A stretch of 64,000 bases of DNA from an uncultured Chthonomonadaceae bacterium (GTDB lineage: Bacteria; Armatimonadota; Chthonomonadetes; Chthonomonadales; Chthonomonadaceae): assembly GCA_963817895.1 (NCBI GenBank), contig CAWFQB010000011.1, positions 32,001-96,000 on the forward strand. The letters are read 5' to 3'. A model generated the notes under the pieces. It was not told the DNA's origin, ran no database searches, and saw only the letters and a program-made list of their open reading frames with translations. This document shows positions 1 to 10,334 of the stretch, one piece after another (position 1 is the stretch's first letter; each line of letters starts with the position of its first letter). The position numbers and the translations under genes are program-made.

Positions 1-52
1 AGCAGAAAGCCGCCGTCGTAGAGCAGCGCGTCACCGATCCGGCGTTTGCCAA

Positions 53-1237
53 ATGACGCAATTTATCGCGCAAAATGGGGTGTTACCCTCGCAGTGGATA
101 AGGCAAGCCGTCGCGCAGGGCTTTATCGAAGCCACGCAGCTTGTCAGTGAAGCGCAAATTCAGCCGAACAGTCTGGATTTGCGGCTGGATGGTGTCGGGT
201 ATCGCGTTCAGTGCAGTTTTTTGCCGGGAGAAGAGGGGATACAGCAGAAACTCGCCCGCTACAAGTGGTACGAATTTCCCCTGCCCGAAGAGGGCGTGGT
301 TCTGGAACGCAATCAGGCGTATATTTTCCCCCTGTGCGAAAGCCTGCGCCTGCCTGACGAAATATACGCCCGGGCCAACCCCAAAAGCACGACGGGACGA
401 TTGGACGTGTTTACCCGGCTGGTCACGGAATATGGCACGACATTCGATGAGGTTCCGCCCGGATATACGGGCCGTTTGTATCTGGAAGTGGTCCCGCGCT
501 CGTTCGCTATTCGGGTTCGGACGGGCGACAGTCTGGCGCAAATCCGGTTTCAGATCGGCAGCCCACACCTGACGCGGGACGAAACCATTGCCCTGCTGGA
601 CAGCGAACATCTGATCTTAGACCCGCGCCTGCAAACCCTGCGTTCGCGCGATCTGCCGGTTGCCAACGCGCTTGTCCTGTCCATCAGCCTGCCCAAAAAG
701 AACGAGCCAATCATCGGCTATCAGGCAAGGCGCAACACGCCGCCCATTGACCTGCGGGCGATTGGCGGCGCGCGTATCAGCCACTACTGGGACCGGATAC
801 ACGGCGGCAGCAAGCCCGTAATTTTGGAGCCGGACGAGTTTTACATCTTTGCCAGCCGCGAACTCGTCCGCCTGCCGCCCGAATATTGCGCCGAAATGGT
901 CGCCTTCGACGCCAGCAGCGGCGAAGTCCGCACCCACTACGCGGGATTTTTCGATAGCGGTTTCGGTTTCAGCGAAGGCCGCAACGCCGATGCCACCGCC
1001 GCCGCCGTCGTACTGGAAGTGCGTAGCCGCGATGTGCCGTTTCTCATTGAGGACGGACAACCCCTGTTTCGCGTCCATATTCTGCGCAGCGTGGAGCCGC
1101 CGGATATTCTGTATGGAACGGGATTGGGTTCCAACTATCAGGGGCAGCGCCTGCGCCTGAGCAAGCAGTTTACCGGTACGCCCGAAGAGGACGATCCCGA
1201 CCCCTCACAGCCCCGTCTCGACTTTTCTTCAGTGTGA
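53..1237 (+). CDS. dcd: 2'-deoxycytidine 5'-triphosphate deaminase (long DCD family)
   Basis: Motifs QPNSLDLRL, ANPKSTTGRLDVFTR and RTHYAGFFDSGFG typical of the long dCTP deaminase family. Confidence 0.85.
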   Translation: MTQFIAQNGVLPSQWIRQAVAQGFIEATQLVSEAQIQPNSLDLRLDGVGYRVQCSFLPGEEGIQQKLARYKWYEFPLPEEGVVLERNQAYIFPLCESLRLPDEIYARANPKSTTGRLDVFTRLVTEYGTTFDEVPPGYTGRLYLEVVPRSFAIRVRTGDSLAQIRFQIGSPHLTRDETIALLDSEHLILDPRLQTLRSRDLPVANALVLSISLPKKNEPIIGYQARRNTPPIDLRAIGGARISHYWDRIHGGSKPVILEPDEFYIFASRELVRLPPEYCAEMVAFDASSGEVRTHYAGFFDSGFGFSEGRNADATAAAVVLEVRSRDVPFLIEDGQPLFRVHILRSVEPPDILYGTGLGSNYQGQRLRLSKQFTGTPEEDDPDPSQPRLDFSSV

Positions 1238-1262
1238 TAGAAGGAATCCATAAAACAAGATC

Positions 1263-1469
1263 ATGCAGACAACTATTTTTTCCGCTCCCGATATTATGTG
1301 CGATGGCTGCGCCAACGCTATCAAGAAATCGCTCGATAGGCTTCCGGGCGTATTCGGGGTTGCCGTTGACATTGCCGCAAAAAGCGTGACGGTGACGCAT
1401 GAACCGGACGTGGCCCGCGAAACGCTCATCACTGCGCTTGACCGGGCCGGGTTTCCCGTTGCGTCTTGA
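1263..1469 (+). CDS. Heavy-metal-associated (HMA) copper chaperone, CopZ-like
   Basis: 68 aa with MxCxxC motif (IMCDGCA) and C-terminal AGF. Confidence 0.85.
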   Translation: MQTTIFSAPDIMCDGCANAIKKSLDRLPGVFGVAVDIAAKSVTVTHEPDVARETLITALDRAGFPVAS

Positions 1470-1658
1470 AACGCCCTGTTCCACCCCGCCCATGCCCGCG
1501 CTGTACGCCGTAACGGAGCGCATCGGCTTCAAAAAACTGCGTTGCATTTGTGGATTCAGGCAGGAACTTCGCGGCTTCGGCAAAATAGTGTTTTGTCTTG
1601 CTGATTATTGCGGTTTCGACCGCCTTGCTGTAGTTGTTGTCGTGGAAGGAGAAGTGCT

Positions 1659-2738
1659 ATGTTCCAGCGTGTGATAACTGTGATGATGGCGGCGATGCTC
1701 GGACTTGCCCTGCGCATGCCCGCGTCGGCTCTGGGCATCGGGGATGCGCCTCCCAAAATCGAAGTGAAAGAATTCGTCAAGGGCCAGCCCGTGAAAGAGT
1801 TTGAAACGGGCAAAATATACGTGGTGGAGTTCTGGGCAACGTGGTGTCCGCCATGCCGCGTCAGCATTCCCCACCTGACCGAACTGGCGAAGAAGCATAA
1901 GGATGTGGCCTTTGTGGGCGTCAGCGCCTTTGAAGACGACCAATCCAAAGTGAAGCCGTTTGTCGCGCAGATGGGCGACAAAATGGACTACTGCGTGGCA
2001 TTGGACGATGTGGCGGAGGGCGCAGCGCGCGACACGGGCAAAATGGCCGTCAACTGGATGAAGGCTGCGGAGCAGAAAGGCATTCCCACCGCGTTCATCA
2101 TTGACAAAACAACCCACATCGCGTGGATCGGTCGCCCCATGGATATGGATAAGCCGCTGGAACAGATCGAAGCGGGCAAGTGGGACATCAAAGCGGCGAG
2201 AGCCGACATGGACAAGCAGCAGGCCATTGAAAAGAAAATGGCGGAAGTCAGCCAGAAGTTTCGCTCTGCGGGCAATGACCCTGCCAAACGCTTGGCGGTT
2301 CTGGATGACGCGATTAAAAGCGACCCGGACATGGAACCCACGCTGGCGAATATAAAATTCGCCCTGATGCTGAATGCGCAACCCGATGCCCCGGAAACCA
2401 TCGCGTACGCCGCGCGCCTGACGGAAACCGTTTTCAAGGACGATTCAGCGCAACTGAACAGCGTCGCCTGGAACCTTGTAGACCCCGCGCAGCCCAAACG
2501 CGGCAAAAAACTGCGCGCGGTTGCTCTCAAAGCCGCCCTGCGCGCGGACGCGCTGGAGCAGAACAAAGACGCGGCGATTGCCGATACCCTTGCCAAAGCC
2601 TACTTCGATAACGGCAATACCGCCAAAGCCATCGAAACGCAGACCCGCGCTTTGAAACTCGCCAAAGGCACGGAAATGGAAAAAGACGCTTCGCTGGCGC
2701 AGCACCTCGCGGAGTACAAAAAGGCCGCCAGGCCGTAA
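1659..2738 (+). CDS. Secreted TlpA-family thiol-disulfide oxidoreductase with C-terminal TPR-like helices
   Basis: SD AAGGAG before ATG 1659, signal peptide, EFWATWCPPC active site, GIP cis-Pro loop, DTLAKAYF TPR-like segment. Confidence 0.85.
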   Translation: MFQRVITVMMAAMLGLALRMPASALGIGDAPPKIEVKEFVKGQPVKEFETGKIYVVEFWATWCPPCRVSIPHLTELAKKHKDVAFVGVSAFEDDQSKVKPFVAQMGDKMDYCVALDDVAEGAARDTGKMAVNWMKAAEQKGIPTAFIIDKTTHIAWIGRPMDMDKPLEQIEAGKWDIKAARADMDKQQAIEKKMAEVSQKFRSAGNDPAKRLAVLDDAIKSDPDMEPTLANIKFALMLNAQPDAPETIAYAARLTETVFKDDSAQLNSVAWNLVDPAQPKRGKKLRAVALKAALRADALEQNKDAAIADTLAKAYFDNGNTAKAIETQTRALKLAKGTEMEKDASLAQHLAEYKKAARP

Positions 2739-2765
2739 CCGAAAGCGACTCTGTTTTCACCTGAG

Positions 2766-2796
2766 AGGGTGGCGTAAATCAAATTTACGCCACCCT
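2766..2796 (+). terminator. Rho-independent terminator
   Basis: Perfect 14-bp stem agggtggcgtaaat/atttacgccaccct just after the TlpA gene. Confidence 0.7.
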
Positions 2797-2858
2797 TTCG
2801 CGTGTCAGCCTGAACTCAGTTCCTGAAGCGCTCGCCGTAATTTGTGGCGCGACATGAG

Positions 2859-2909
2859 AGTTTGTGAAACTTTGCGCAAACTCCAAAGTTTGTGAAACTT
2901 TGCACAAAC
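2859..2909. promoter_or_regulatory. Tandem palindromic operator-like boxes
   Basis: agtttgtgaaactttgc(g/a)caaac twice with 28-bp period; each has gtttgtg...cacaaac dyad symmetry; upstream of the DUF393 gene. Confidence 0.55.
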
Positions 2910-2950
2910 CGGCGCGTACAAAGGAATAACGGAGTGAAAGGAGAACGCGG

Positions 2951-3763
2951 ATGCTGGCAAACAAGGTTATTCTTTACGACGACAGTTGCCCGATGTGCAA
3001 AGTGTACACGCAGGGGTTCGTAAGTATGGGCATCCTGACGCCCGAACATCGCGTCGGTATGGCCCGCGCGGATGCGGAAACGATGCGCCATCTTGACCTG
3101 AACCGGGCGCGGCACGAAATTCCTCTTCTCGACACCCAAACGGGCGAAGTGACGTATGGCATGGACGCGCTGTTTTTGCTGATCGGACACCGCGTTCCCA
3201 TTTTTACACCCCTGTTTCGCAGCCGAACTTTTCGCGCAATGGTGTACGCGCTGTATCAGCTTGTCACCTACAACCGCCGCGTGATTGCCGGCTGCGCCGC
3301 GCCCCGTGAAGGCTTCGATTGCGCCCCGGATTTCAATCGCGCGGTACGGGTAAAGTATCTGCGCCTCGCGATTGCGGTTTGGGGTTTGCTGATTGGCGGC
3401 GCGGCGATTACGACAGGTTCTGCCCATCTATGGTTGCTGTTGGCATTGGTGTTGAGCGGCGCGGGCGTACAAACGATTCGGTTTGCGCAGGCGCTGCGCG
3501 GCCACTGCTTCTGGGACAGGGCGGGCAGTTACGCCACCAACAATCTGCTGTTCGGTTTGCTGCTCATGCCCCTGCTGCTGCCGCTGCCCGCTCCCCTGCG
3601 CTGGCTCGGCTTCGGCGTTGCGGCAGGCGTCACTCTGCTGGACGCCGCCCGCCGTCAGCGCAACTGCCGCCGCTGCCTTTCCCATACAAAACTTTGCCGC
3701 GAAGAGCATCAGAAACCGGCGCGTAAGCGCGAAAACAACTCCGGCGTCCTCCCGTTCAAGTAG
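2951..3763 (+). CDS. DCC1-like thiol-disulfide oxidoreductase (DUF393) with C-terminal transmembrane helices
   Basis: N-terminal ILYDDSCPMC (DxxCxxC) motif, YNRR motif, hydrophobic C-terminus. Confidence 0.75.
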   Translation: MLANKVILYDDSCPMCKVYTQGFVSMGILTPEHRVGMARADAETMRHLDLNRARHEIPLLDTQTGEVTYGMDALFLLIGHRVPIFTPLFRSRTFRAMVYALYQLVTYNRRVIAGCAAPREGFDCAPDFNRAVRVKYLRLAIAVWGLLIGGAAITTGSAHLWLLLALVLSGAGVQTIRFAQALRGHCFWDRAGSYATNNLLFGLLLMPLLLPLPAPLRWLGFGVAAGVTLLDAARRQRNCRRCLSHTKLCREEHQKPARKRENNSGVLPFK

Positions 3764-4011
3764 AAGTTCGCAGGGGTACAACTCACTTGACCTATGGACA
3801 ATGCAATTCGCGCATGATAAACTGTGGAATATATCCATTCCGTTTTAACCTGCAAGCCGCCTGCAATCTTTTCGATCCGCGTCAGCGGTTGGAGAATGGC
3901 GAACTGGACGCCTTCTACGTTGCGCGTCCACATGCGCCTGTACAGCGCTTGAAAAGCTACCTGTTTACAAGGCGTAACTGCGAGACAGGCTCTGTTATAA
4001 AGGCGAAATGA

Positions 4012-4611
4012 TTGGAACCCGAAGACTTACCCGGTACAGACGCAAACACGTTGCCCTACTTCGATAATGAAGCGCAGACAGGCTGCGTAATTCCTGTGCG
4101 TTTTGAGCCGCTCACGCTACAGGACGCGCCGGAACTGCAAAATGAAGATTGGGCCACTGCTGTGTTTGCATCTGCATGGAAGCAGTATGTTCATGCGGAA
4201 CATGTTTGCAAACTGATATGCGTAGACTCACAGGATCAACGAATTCAAGGAGTGGTTCGCATAGGCAGAACTGAAGCAGACATTCGTCATCTGAAGAAAA
4301 GTTTGTTGGAAGCGGCGACATTCAATCAATATGGCAGCGGCGCACAAATTTATCGTGGAGTTGGGCGCGTGTTAATTGCGCGTCTTGTCGTCGAAAGTGT
4401 TTTGCTGGGTAGGCATGGACGAGTTCTGGTTCTTCCACGCCCCGGCACACAACGTTTCTACCTGTCTTTAGGATTTGAACCGCTAGAACCCTTAAAGCGC
4501 AAATACATATTGAATGTACCGGCAGCATCCGTGTTGCTGAACTCAGTTTGTAATCCAGAACGTCAAAGTTTTGAAGGAGTGAATTTTGATGAAAACAACA
4601 GACAAAGATGA
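4012..4611 (+). CDS. GNAT-fold acetyltransferase, possibly toxin-type
   Basis: Acetyl-CoA-binding motif YRGVGRVL and FYLSLGF; lower GC than flanks. Confidence 0.6.
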   Translation: MEPEDLPGTDANTLPYFDNEAQTGCVIPVRFEPLTLQDAPELQNEDWATAVFASAWKQYVHAEHVCKLICVDSQDQRIQGVVRIGRTEADIRHLKKSLLEAATFNQYGSGAQIYRGVGRVLIARLVVESVLLGRHGRVLVLPRPGTQRFYLSLGFEPLEPLKRKYILNVPAASVLLNSVCNPERQSFEGVNFDENNRQR

Positions 4612-4843
4612 GTGCGCCGAACGCGCCTACCGAATAGCGCGGGAGATAATAGATCAAGAATGGCTGGCGGCGGGCGCAACGCGAGAGGAGTTGGAACAAG
4701 ACGAACAGTTGACGCAGTTGCTGGATCGTCTTGTCGTCTCCGGGCATGACTTTCACAACCTTATGGCAGATTGGCAACACAAAACGCCGGAGGCAATTCT
4801 GCGCGAGTACGCCTCGCTTGTTCCCGCGTTGCACAACGCCTGA
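4589..4843 (+). CDS. Small hypothetical protein, possible partner of the GNAT
   Basis: SD GAAGGAG, overlaps the GNAT 3' end, acidic helical protein of about 84 aa. Confidence 0.55.
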   Translation: MKTTDKDECAERAYRIAREIIDQEWLAAGATREELEQDEQLTQLLDRLVVSGHDFHNLMADWQHKTPEAILREYASLVPALHNA

Positions 4844-4946
4844 CGCCGCGCTCATAGACATTTTAACATCTGTTATAAAATTTGCTGTAAAGCTGCGTTG
4901 AGCGGTATTGCAGCATTCTCGATCTTGAAAGATACTGGAGGTAGCT

Positions 4947-5312
4947 GTGTATGGCGTTTCCGAAGATTTGCCTTTCGCCTCGTTTGTCGGTGAAGAGTGC
5001 AATATGGTTGGATTGGGGCAGTTTCAAATCCAATTTCACTTTTCAGGCGACAGAAAAAGCATTGGGGCTGAAAGCAGATGGGAATTGCGAGACGCGGAGG
5101 GCGAAATAGTTGACAGGGCTATGCCGCGCAATGAGCGCGTCGAATATCGAATTCACCCTGTTATAGACCAACTCGTCCGCGGATTTGAGGTAAATGCGCC
5201 TTTGTCATTTACGTTGCAACTCGAGAATGGATACGCGCTGACCATTTACGATGACGAAGAGCAGTACGAGTGCTTCTCCATACATACAGATGGACATTCC
5301 TACTACATCTGA
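4947..5312 (+). CDS. Hypothetical protein (DUF6188-like)
   Basis: SD GGAGG before GTG, 121-aa beta-rich ORF followed by a terminator; family assignment from recalled resemblance only. Confidence 0.5.
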   Translation: MYGVSEDLPFASFVGEECNMVGLGQFQIQFHFSGDRKSIGAESRWELRDAEGEIVDRAMPRNERVEYRIHPVIDQLVRGFEVNAPLSFTLQLENGYALTIYDDEEQYECFSIHTDGHSYYI

Positions 5313-5327
5313 AACAAAGCAACCACT

Positions 5328-5364
5328 TCCCGCCTGAATTTTGAAGTCAGGCGGGACTCTTTTT
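5328..5364 (+). terminator. Rho-independent terminator
   Basis: tcccgcctga...tcaggcggga stem followed by a T-run. Confidence 0.65.
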
Positions 5365-5442
5365 GCCTTCTGAACGGCTCTGTTTGTGGTACACTATACA
5401 ATCAATGTCTACTATTGTTTCGGGGCGGAGGAGGGCGCGAAC

Positions 5443-7543
5443 ATGGGCGAATTTCAACTGATTTCGGACTATTCTCCGGGCGGCGATCAGCCGCGAGGCG
5501 ATTGACAAAGCTGGCGCAGGGCATCCGCGACGGCAAGAAGTTTCAAACTCTTTTGGGAGCGACGGCCACCGGCAAGACCTACACGTATAGCAAACGTGAT
5601 TCAAAAGGTGCAGCGGCCTACGCTTGTGATGGCGCATAACAAGACGCTGGCCGCGCAGTTGTGCAGCGAGTTTCGGGAGTTCTTTCCCAACAACGCCGTC
5701 GAGTTCTTCGTGTCCTACTACGACTACTATCAGCCCGAAGCCTATATTCCGCAAACCGACACCTATATCGAAAAAGACAGTCAGGTCAACGACGAGATCA
5801 ACCGGCTGCGCCACAGCGCCACGCAAAGCCTGCTGGAACGGCGGGACGTGATTGTGGTTTCGTCCGTGTCGTGCATCTACGGGTTGGGTTCGCCGGACGA
5901 GTACAAAGAAATCGTGCTTGCCTTCAAGCGCGGCGAACCGTATGACCGCGAGGACGCCCTGCGCCGCCTGATAGATATGCAGTTCACGCGCAACAACATG
6001 GAACTGACGCGAGGCACGTTCCGGGTGCGGGGCGATACGCTGGAAATCCAGCCCGCCGACGAGGAAATCGTGATTCGCGTGGAGTTCTTCGGCGACGATG
6101 TGGAGAAAATCACGCTTGCCGATCCGCTCACGGGCGAAATCGTCGGGGCGCGCGACACCATTACCGTCTTTTCCGCCAGCCACTTCGTCACGTCCAAAGC
6201 CCGTCTGGAAAAAGCCATCGTCGAAATCGAAGCCGAAATGGAGGAGCAGGTGGCGTACTTCCGGCGCAATCAGCAACTGCTGGAAGCGCAGCGCATCGAG
6301 CAGCGAACCCGCTTCGACATCGAAATGATGAAGGAGTTGGGCTACTGTTCCGGCATCGAAAACTACAGCCGCTTCATGGACGGACGCGCGCCCGGGCACG
6401 CGCTCCGTATACCCTGCTGGACTACTTCCCGAAAGACTTTCTGCTCGTTGTGGACGAGAGCCACCAGACCCTGCCGCAGATTCGCGGCATGTACAACGGC
6501 GACAAGGCGCGCAAAGACACGCTGATCAACTACGGTTTCCGCCTGCCGTCCGCCGCCGACAACCGCCCGCTGAAATGGCACGAGTTCGAGGAGCGCCTGA
6601 ACCAGACGGTGTTCGTGTCCGCCACGCCCGGCCCTTATGAGAAGGAACACGCCGAGCAGGTGGTGGAGCAGATCATTCGCCCGACCGGACTGGTAGACCC
6701 GGAAATCGTCGTGCGCCCGACAAAGGGGCAGATTGACGACCTGATCGAAGAGATACGCAAGCGGGTGGAAAAGGAAGAGCGCGTTCTGGTCACGACACTG
6801 ACCAAGAAAATGGCGGAGGACCTGACCGAGTATCTGGAAGACCTGAAAATCAAGGTCAACTACCTGCACAGCGACATCAAGACGATGGAGCGCACGGAAA
6901 TCCTGCGCAACCTGCGGCTCGGCGTCCATGACGTGATTGTCGGCATCAACCTGCTGCGCGAAGGGCTGGACCTGCCGGAAGTCACGCTCGTCGCCATTCT
7001 GGACGCGGACAAAGAGGGCTTTCTGCGCTCGGATACCAGTCTGATACAGACGATCGGCCGCGCCGCCCGTAACGTGGGCGGGCAGGTGATTATGTACGCC
7101 GACAACCTGACGGGCAGTATGTCAGCGCGCCATTGAGGAAACCAACCGGCGGCGCGAAAAGCAGGTCGCCTATAATGTGGAACACAACATCACGCCGCAA
7201 ACGGTCAAGAAAGCCGTGCGCGACCTGATTATGGCCGAGCGCGTGGCCGAAGAGAAGAACGATTACAGTTCCCAGAACGCCACCGCCCGCCTGAAAGCCG
7301 ATCCCGCCACGATGAGCCTGAACCAGATCGAGGAGGTGATCGGGCAGTTGGAAAAGGAGATGAAGGACGCGGCCCGCGCCCTCAACTTCGAGTACGCGGC
7401 GGAACTGCGCGACGAGGTGAACGCCCTGCGCAAAATGGCTCCGAAAAGCAGCGTGGGACAGGACACCGGCACAAGCGGATTGGGCAAAGACAAAGCGCTT
7501 TACGGGCAGCAAGTCCGCCAAAGCCAGCAAAACCAAAAAATAG
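5443..7543 (+). CDS. uvrB: Excinuclease ABC subunit B, split by several frameshifts (probably sequencing errors)
   Basis: [10 protein letters not shown], beta-hairpin [37 protein letters not shown] and C-terminal UVR domain FEYAAELRD spread over successive frames; end approximate. Confidence 0.93.
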
Positions 7544-7646
7544 CAATATGTTTTGATGTAGAAAAGCGTGAGGCGATTGTTGCCTCACGCTTTTCTATTT
7601 CGCGCTGATGTTGTATAATAAGCGGGACGAAGGAGGCAGGAACACC

Positions 7647-8456
7647 ATGAGCGACAGCATCAAAATCACACAAACCGAAGCGGCCAATCGCTGCTTTTTA
7701 GAGAGAGTGCAGCAAATTCCAAACGTCACCGTCTACATCACCGGCGGCGAAACGCTTGTCGAACAATCCTTCGTAGTGGAAGTCCCCTCATTACGCGATG
7801 AAGCAACAGATCGTGTCTACGATCTACTATATGAAATAGATCGCGCCTACTCAAAAGCGCAAACGCGCGTGAGCGTTCGCGGCGTAAAAGAATTGTTGAG
7901 TGTTTGTACTCTGATGTTCATGTTGATGGGCATTGCGCGCGCTGACAAAACGGCCACACACGTTAAAAGCAAAACAACGGTTGCGGATGCGAAAACTGTG
8001 CAGGCGCGGAAGACGGTGCAGGATGTGTATGACCGGCAGGCGGCGGCGATGCGGCGCAAGGACATCAACGGCTTTCTGGCCCCGTTTACGCCCGACTATC
8101 AGGACGTGAAATACGGCAACCACATTTACACGGCGGAACACCTGCGGCAGCAATTGCCCGGGCTTATCGCCAAATACCCGCCCGGTTTCAAATTCAATAT
8201 CACCATTCAAAAGTTCAAATTGGAGGGCGACCGCGCGAAGGCGACGGCCAACTACCATTTGCAGCTTACGCGAACAGATGCGGAGCGCCACAGGCGGGAG
8301 TTGTGGACGAGCGACACGGTTTCCGAAGATGCGTGGATTAAGAAGGGCCAGAATTGGCGGCTGCAAAGCAGCCGGGAAACGCAGTTCAAAAACAAAAAGA
8401 CGCCCCTGTCTTCCAGCCCTGCGCAGCGACGCGCCAGTGGAAAAAGCAGGGGTTAA
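7647..8456 (+). CDS. Apparent fusion of a small antitoxin-like domain (aa 1-80) and a secreted NTF2/DUF4440-like protein
   Basis: N-terminus is similar to the 35795-36103 protein; internal signal-peptide-like VKELLSVCTLMFMLMGIARA; C-terminus has an NTF2-like pattern (DAWIKKGQNWRL). Confidence 0.55.
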   Translation: MSDSIKITQTEAANRCFLERVQQIPNVTVYITGGETLVEQSFVVEVPSLRDEATDRVYDLLYEIDRAYSKAQTRVSVRGVKELLSVCTLMFMLMGIARADKTATHVKSKTTVADAKTVQARKTVQDVYDRQAAAMRRKDINGFLAPFTPDYQDVKYGNHIYTAEHLRQQLPGLIAKYPPGFKFNITIQKFKLEGDRAKATANYHLQLTRTDAERHRRELWTSDTVSEDAWIKKGQNWRLQSSRETQFKNKKTPLSSSPAQRRASGKSRG

Positions 8457-8464
8457 GGGAAGCG

Positions 8465-9157
8465 CTAATGCAGGAAGAAAAGCAACGCCCCAAGCGCGAT
8501 GAGCGCGAAGCCGATAATCAAGCCCTCGTTGTGTTCCAGCCAGCGCAGGCGTATTCGCTGTAATCCCAACGTGGTCAGCCATACAAGCAGCAGCATCAAT
8601 CCCAGCGTGGTGACGGCGAGACACGCGCTGACCAGAAACACGACATGCCAGGGCATGGCGGACGCGGCCACAAACACGGACAGCAAATCCAGGCACGGCG
8701 ACAGGGTCATGCCAAGCACAAGCGCGCCCATAACCGTCGGTTCCTGTCCCAACCGTCCCAGACTGTCGCTGCGCGTGGCCTCCTCCGTGACCTCTTCCAA
8801 TCGCTCATCGTGGGCATGGTGATGATGGTGATGGTGTCCCCCGCGCAGGCACGAAACCACGAAATACGCGCCCAACGCGATCAGCAGGCCGCCCGTCGCC
8901 GCGTGTTCTACCTGTGGTGGAATGGCCCGCAGCAGAGTTTTTCCGGCAAACATCACCACGATGCCGAGCGCGATGGTCAGCAGAATATGCCCCCCGCCCG
9001 CCAGCAGCGTCACCAGCAGCGTCCGGCGCAGCGTCCATTGCCGCGCCCGCGCCACAACAGCAAACGCCAGCCAGTGCGAGGGAATCAGCGCGTGTAACGC
9101 CGCAATGGAAACCGTTCCCATCAGCAGCGCGGTCAGAGAATGAGCCGCCGGGTTCAT
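8465..9157 (-). CDS. His-rich nickel/cobalt transporter-like membrane protein (NicO/RcnA-like)
   Basis: LHALIPSHW motif, poly-His loop, SPC motif, about six TM helices. Confidence 0.7.
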   Translation of the reverse strand: MNPAAHSLTALLMGTVSIAALHALIPSHWLAFAVVARARQWTLRRTLLVTLLAGGGHILLTIALGIVVMFAGKTLLRAIPPQVEHAATGGLLIALGAYFVVSCLRGGHHHHHHHAHDERLEEVTEEATRSDSLGRLGQEPTVMGALVLGMTLSPCLDLLSVFVAASAMPWHVVFLVSACLAVTTLGLMLLLVWLTTLGLQRIRLRWLEHNEGLIIGFALIALGALLFFLH

Positions 9158-9272
9158 ACCGACACCTGTTGTATTTTCATCATTGTCTTACTCTCAAACT
9201 CATGAACGCGAATACGCTTCCAACGCAAAAGCAAGAACAAAGGCGAAGAGTTTTCATCCTTCATCCTTGCTC

Positions 9273-10202
9273 TTAATTGGCATGCAGGCTGAAACGGTCC
9301 AGTTGCGAACCGTCCGCGCGTAGCACGGTAAAGGCTGCCAGCCCGCCGGTCACCTCGCAAACCACGCAATGGTTGACGCTCTCGAACTTGTCGCCGGAAA
9401 TCGCGCCCTTGCCGGGGTCGGCGGAATACAGCGGCGCGCCGCCGCCCCCGCTTACGATGTAGGTGACGCCTTCGCGCAGCGTCCGGTAGTACAGATGGTC
9501 ATGACCGTTGAACACGGCGCGAACCCCGTACTTTACAAACACGGGATGCAGGGTCTTGCGCACATCTAAATCGCTGCCGTGCGAACCGATGGAAAACGGC
9601 GCGACGTGGAAGAACACAAAAATGTGCGTTGGCTTTGTGGTCAGTGTTGAATCCAAATCTTTAATCAGCCATTTGTACTGCGCGCTGTTTTCGTCGTAGG
9701 GCGTTTTTTCGTCAATGGCAAGCCCGATAAAGTGGCAATTGCCTTTGTCGAACGAGTAGTAGAATTTGTTGCCGGACGTAAACGGCGCGGTGACGCGATC
9801 CTCGAATCCCTTGCCGCCGAAGTCATGGTTGCCCCGCACCACGTAAAACGGCGCTTTCTGACGCGCTTCCCCGGTGATCGCGTCGTAGATTTTCCACTGG
9901 CTTTCCACGCCCCCATTATGCACCAGATCACCCGTTTGCAGAATAAATTCCGGGTTCTGCTTCATCATCACGGCAACCACTTTGCGATGAGCGTCATGCC
10001 CGTCTCGCGTGTCGCCATACAGACAGAAACGTACCGACTTTGCGGCAAGTTCAGGTTTTTCAAGGCCGATGGCAAGCGCCGCTTTTTTGGGCGCGGCCTG
10101 CGCCCACTTTGCCGCTCGGCCCGCGATTGCCACTGCGGCAACCAGCAATACGATTATCAGCGTCAAGGCCCCGCTTCGCAGAAGCCGCTCACGAAACAAC
10201 AT
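9273..10202 (-). CDS. Secreted calcineurin-like metallophosphoesterase
   Basis: GD, TGDLV, GNHD and GHDH motifs; signal peptide. Confidence 0.88.
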   Translation of the reverse strand: MLFRERLLRSGALTLIIVLLVAAVAIAGRAAKWAQAAPKKAALAIGLEKPELAAKSVRFCLYGDTRDGHDAHRKVVAVMMKQNPEFILQTGDLVHNGGVESQWKIYDAITGEARQKAPFYVVRGNHDFGGKGFEDRVTAPFTSGNKFYYSFDKGNCHFIGLAIDEKTPYDENSAQYKWLIKDLDSTLTTKPTHIFVFFHVAPFSIGSHGSDLDVRKTLHPVFVKYGVRAVFNGHDHLYYRTLREGVTYIVSGGGGAPLYSADPGKGAISGDKFESVNHCVVCEVTGGLAAFTVLRADGSQLDRFSLHAN

Positions 10203-10334
10203 AAATCCATCCTCTATTCTGAAATGGTTTGTAACTTCCGGTTTCTATTTGTACGTATTTTGGGACACGGAGGGTTGCACACGCGGATGCCGACAACACG
10301 AAACACTCTGTACCCTGTATCAGGTTTTCAAGGG

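Noticed and set aside
5347..6399. Long antisense ORFs (also 21094-22191, 40047-41060, 48386-49405)
   Set aside because: Shadow frames of GC-rich genes on the opposite strand, with no recognisable motifs.
5443..7543. Programmed frameshifting or real pseudogenisation of uvrB, both tkt genes, PP2C, kinase, AhbAB-like and SDR genes
   Set aside because: Single-base indels are scattered through many otherwise intact conserved genes without slippery motifs or nonsense decay; long-read consensus error is the simplest explanation.
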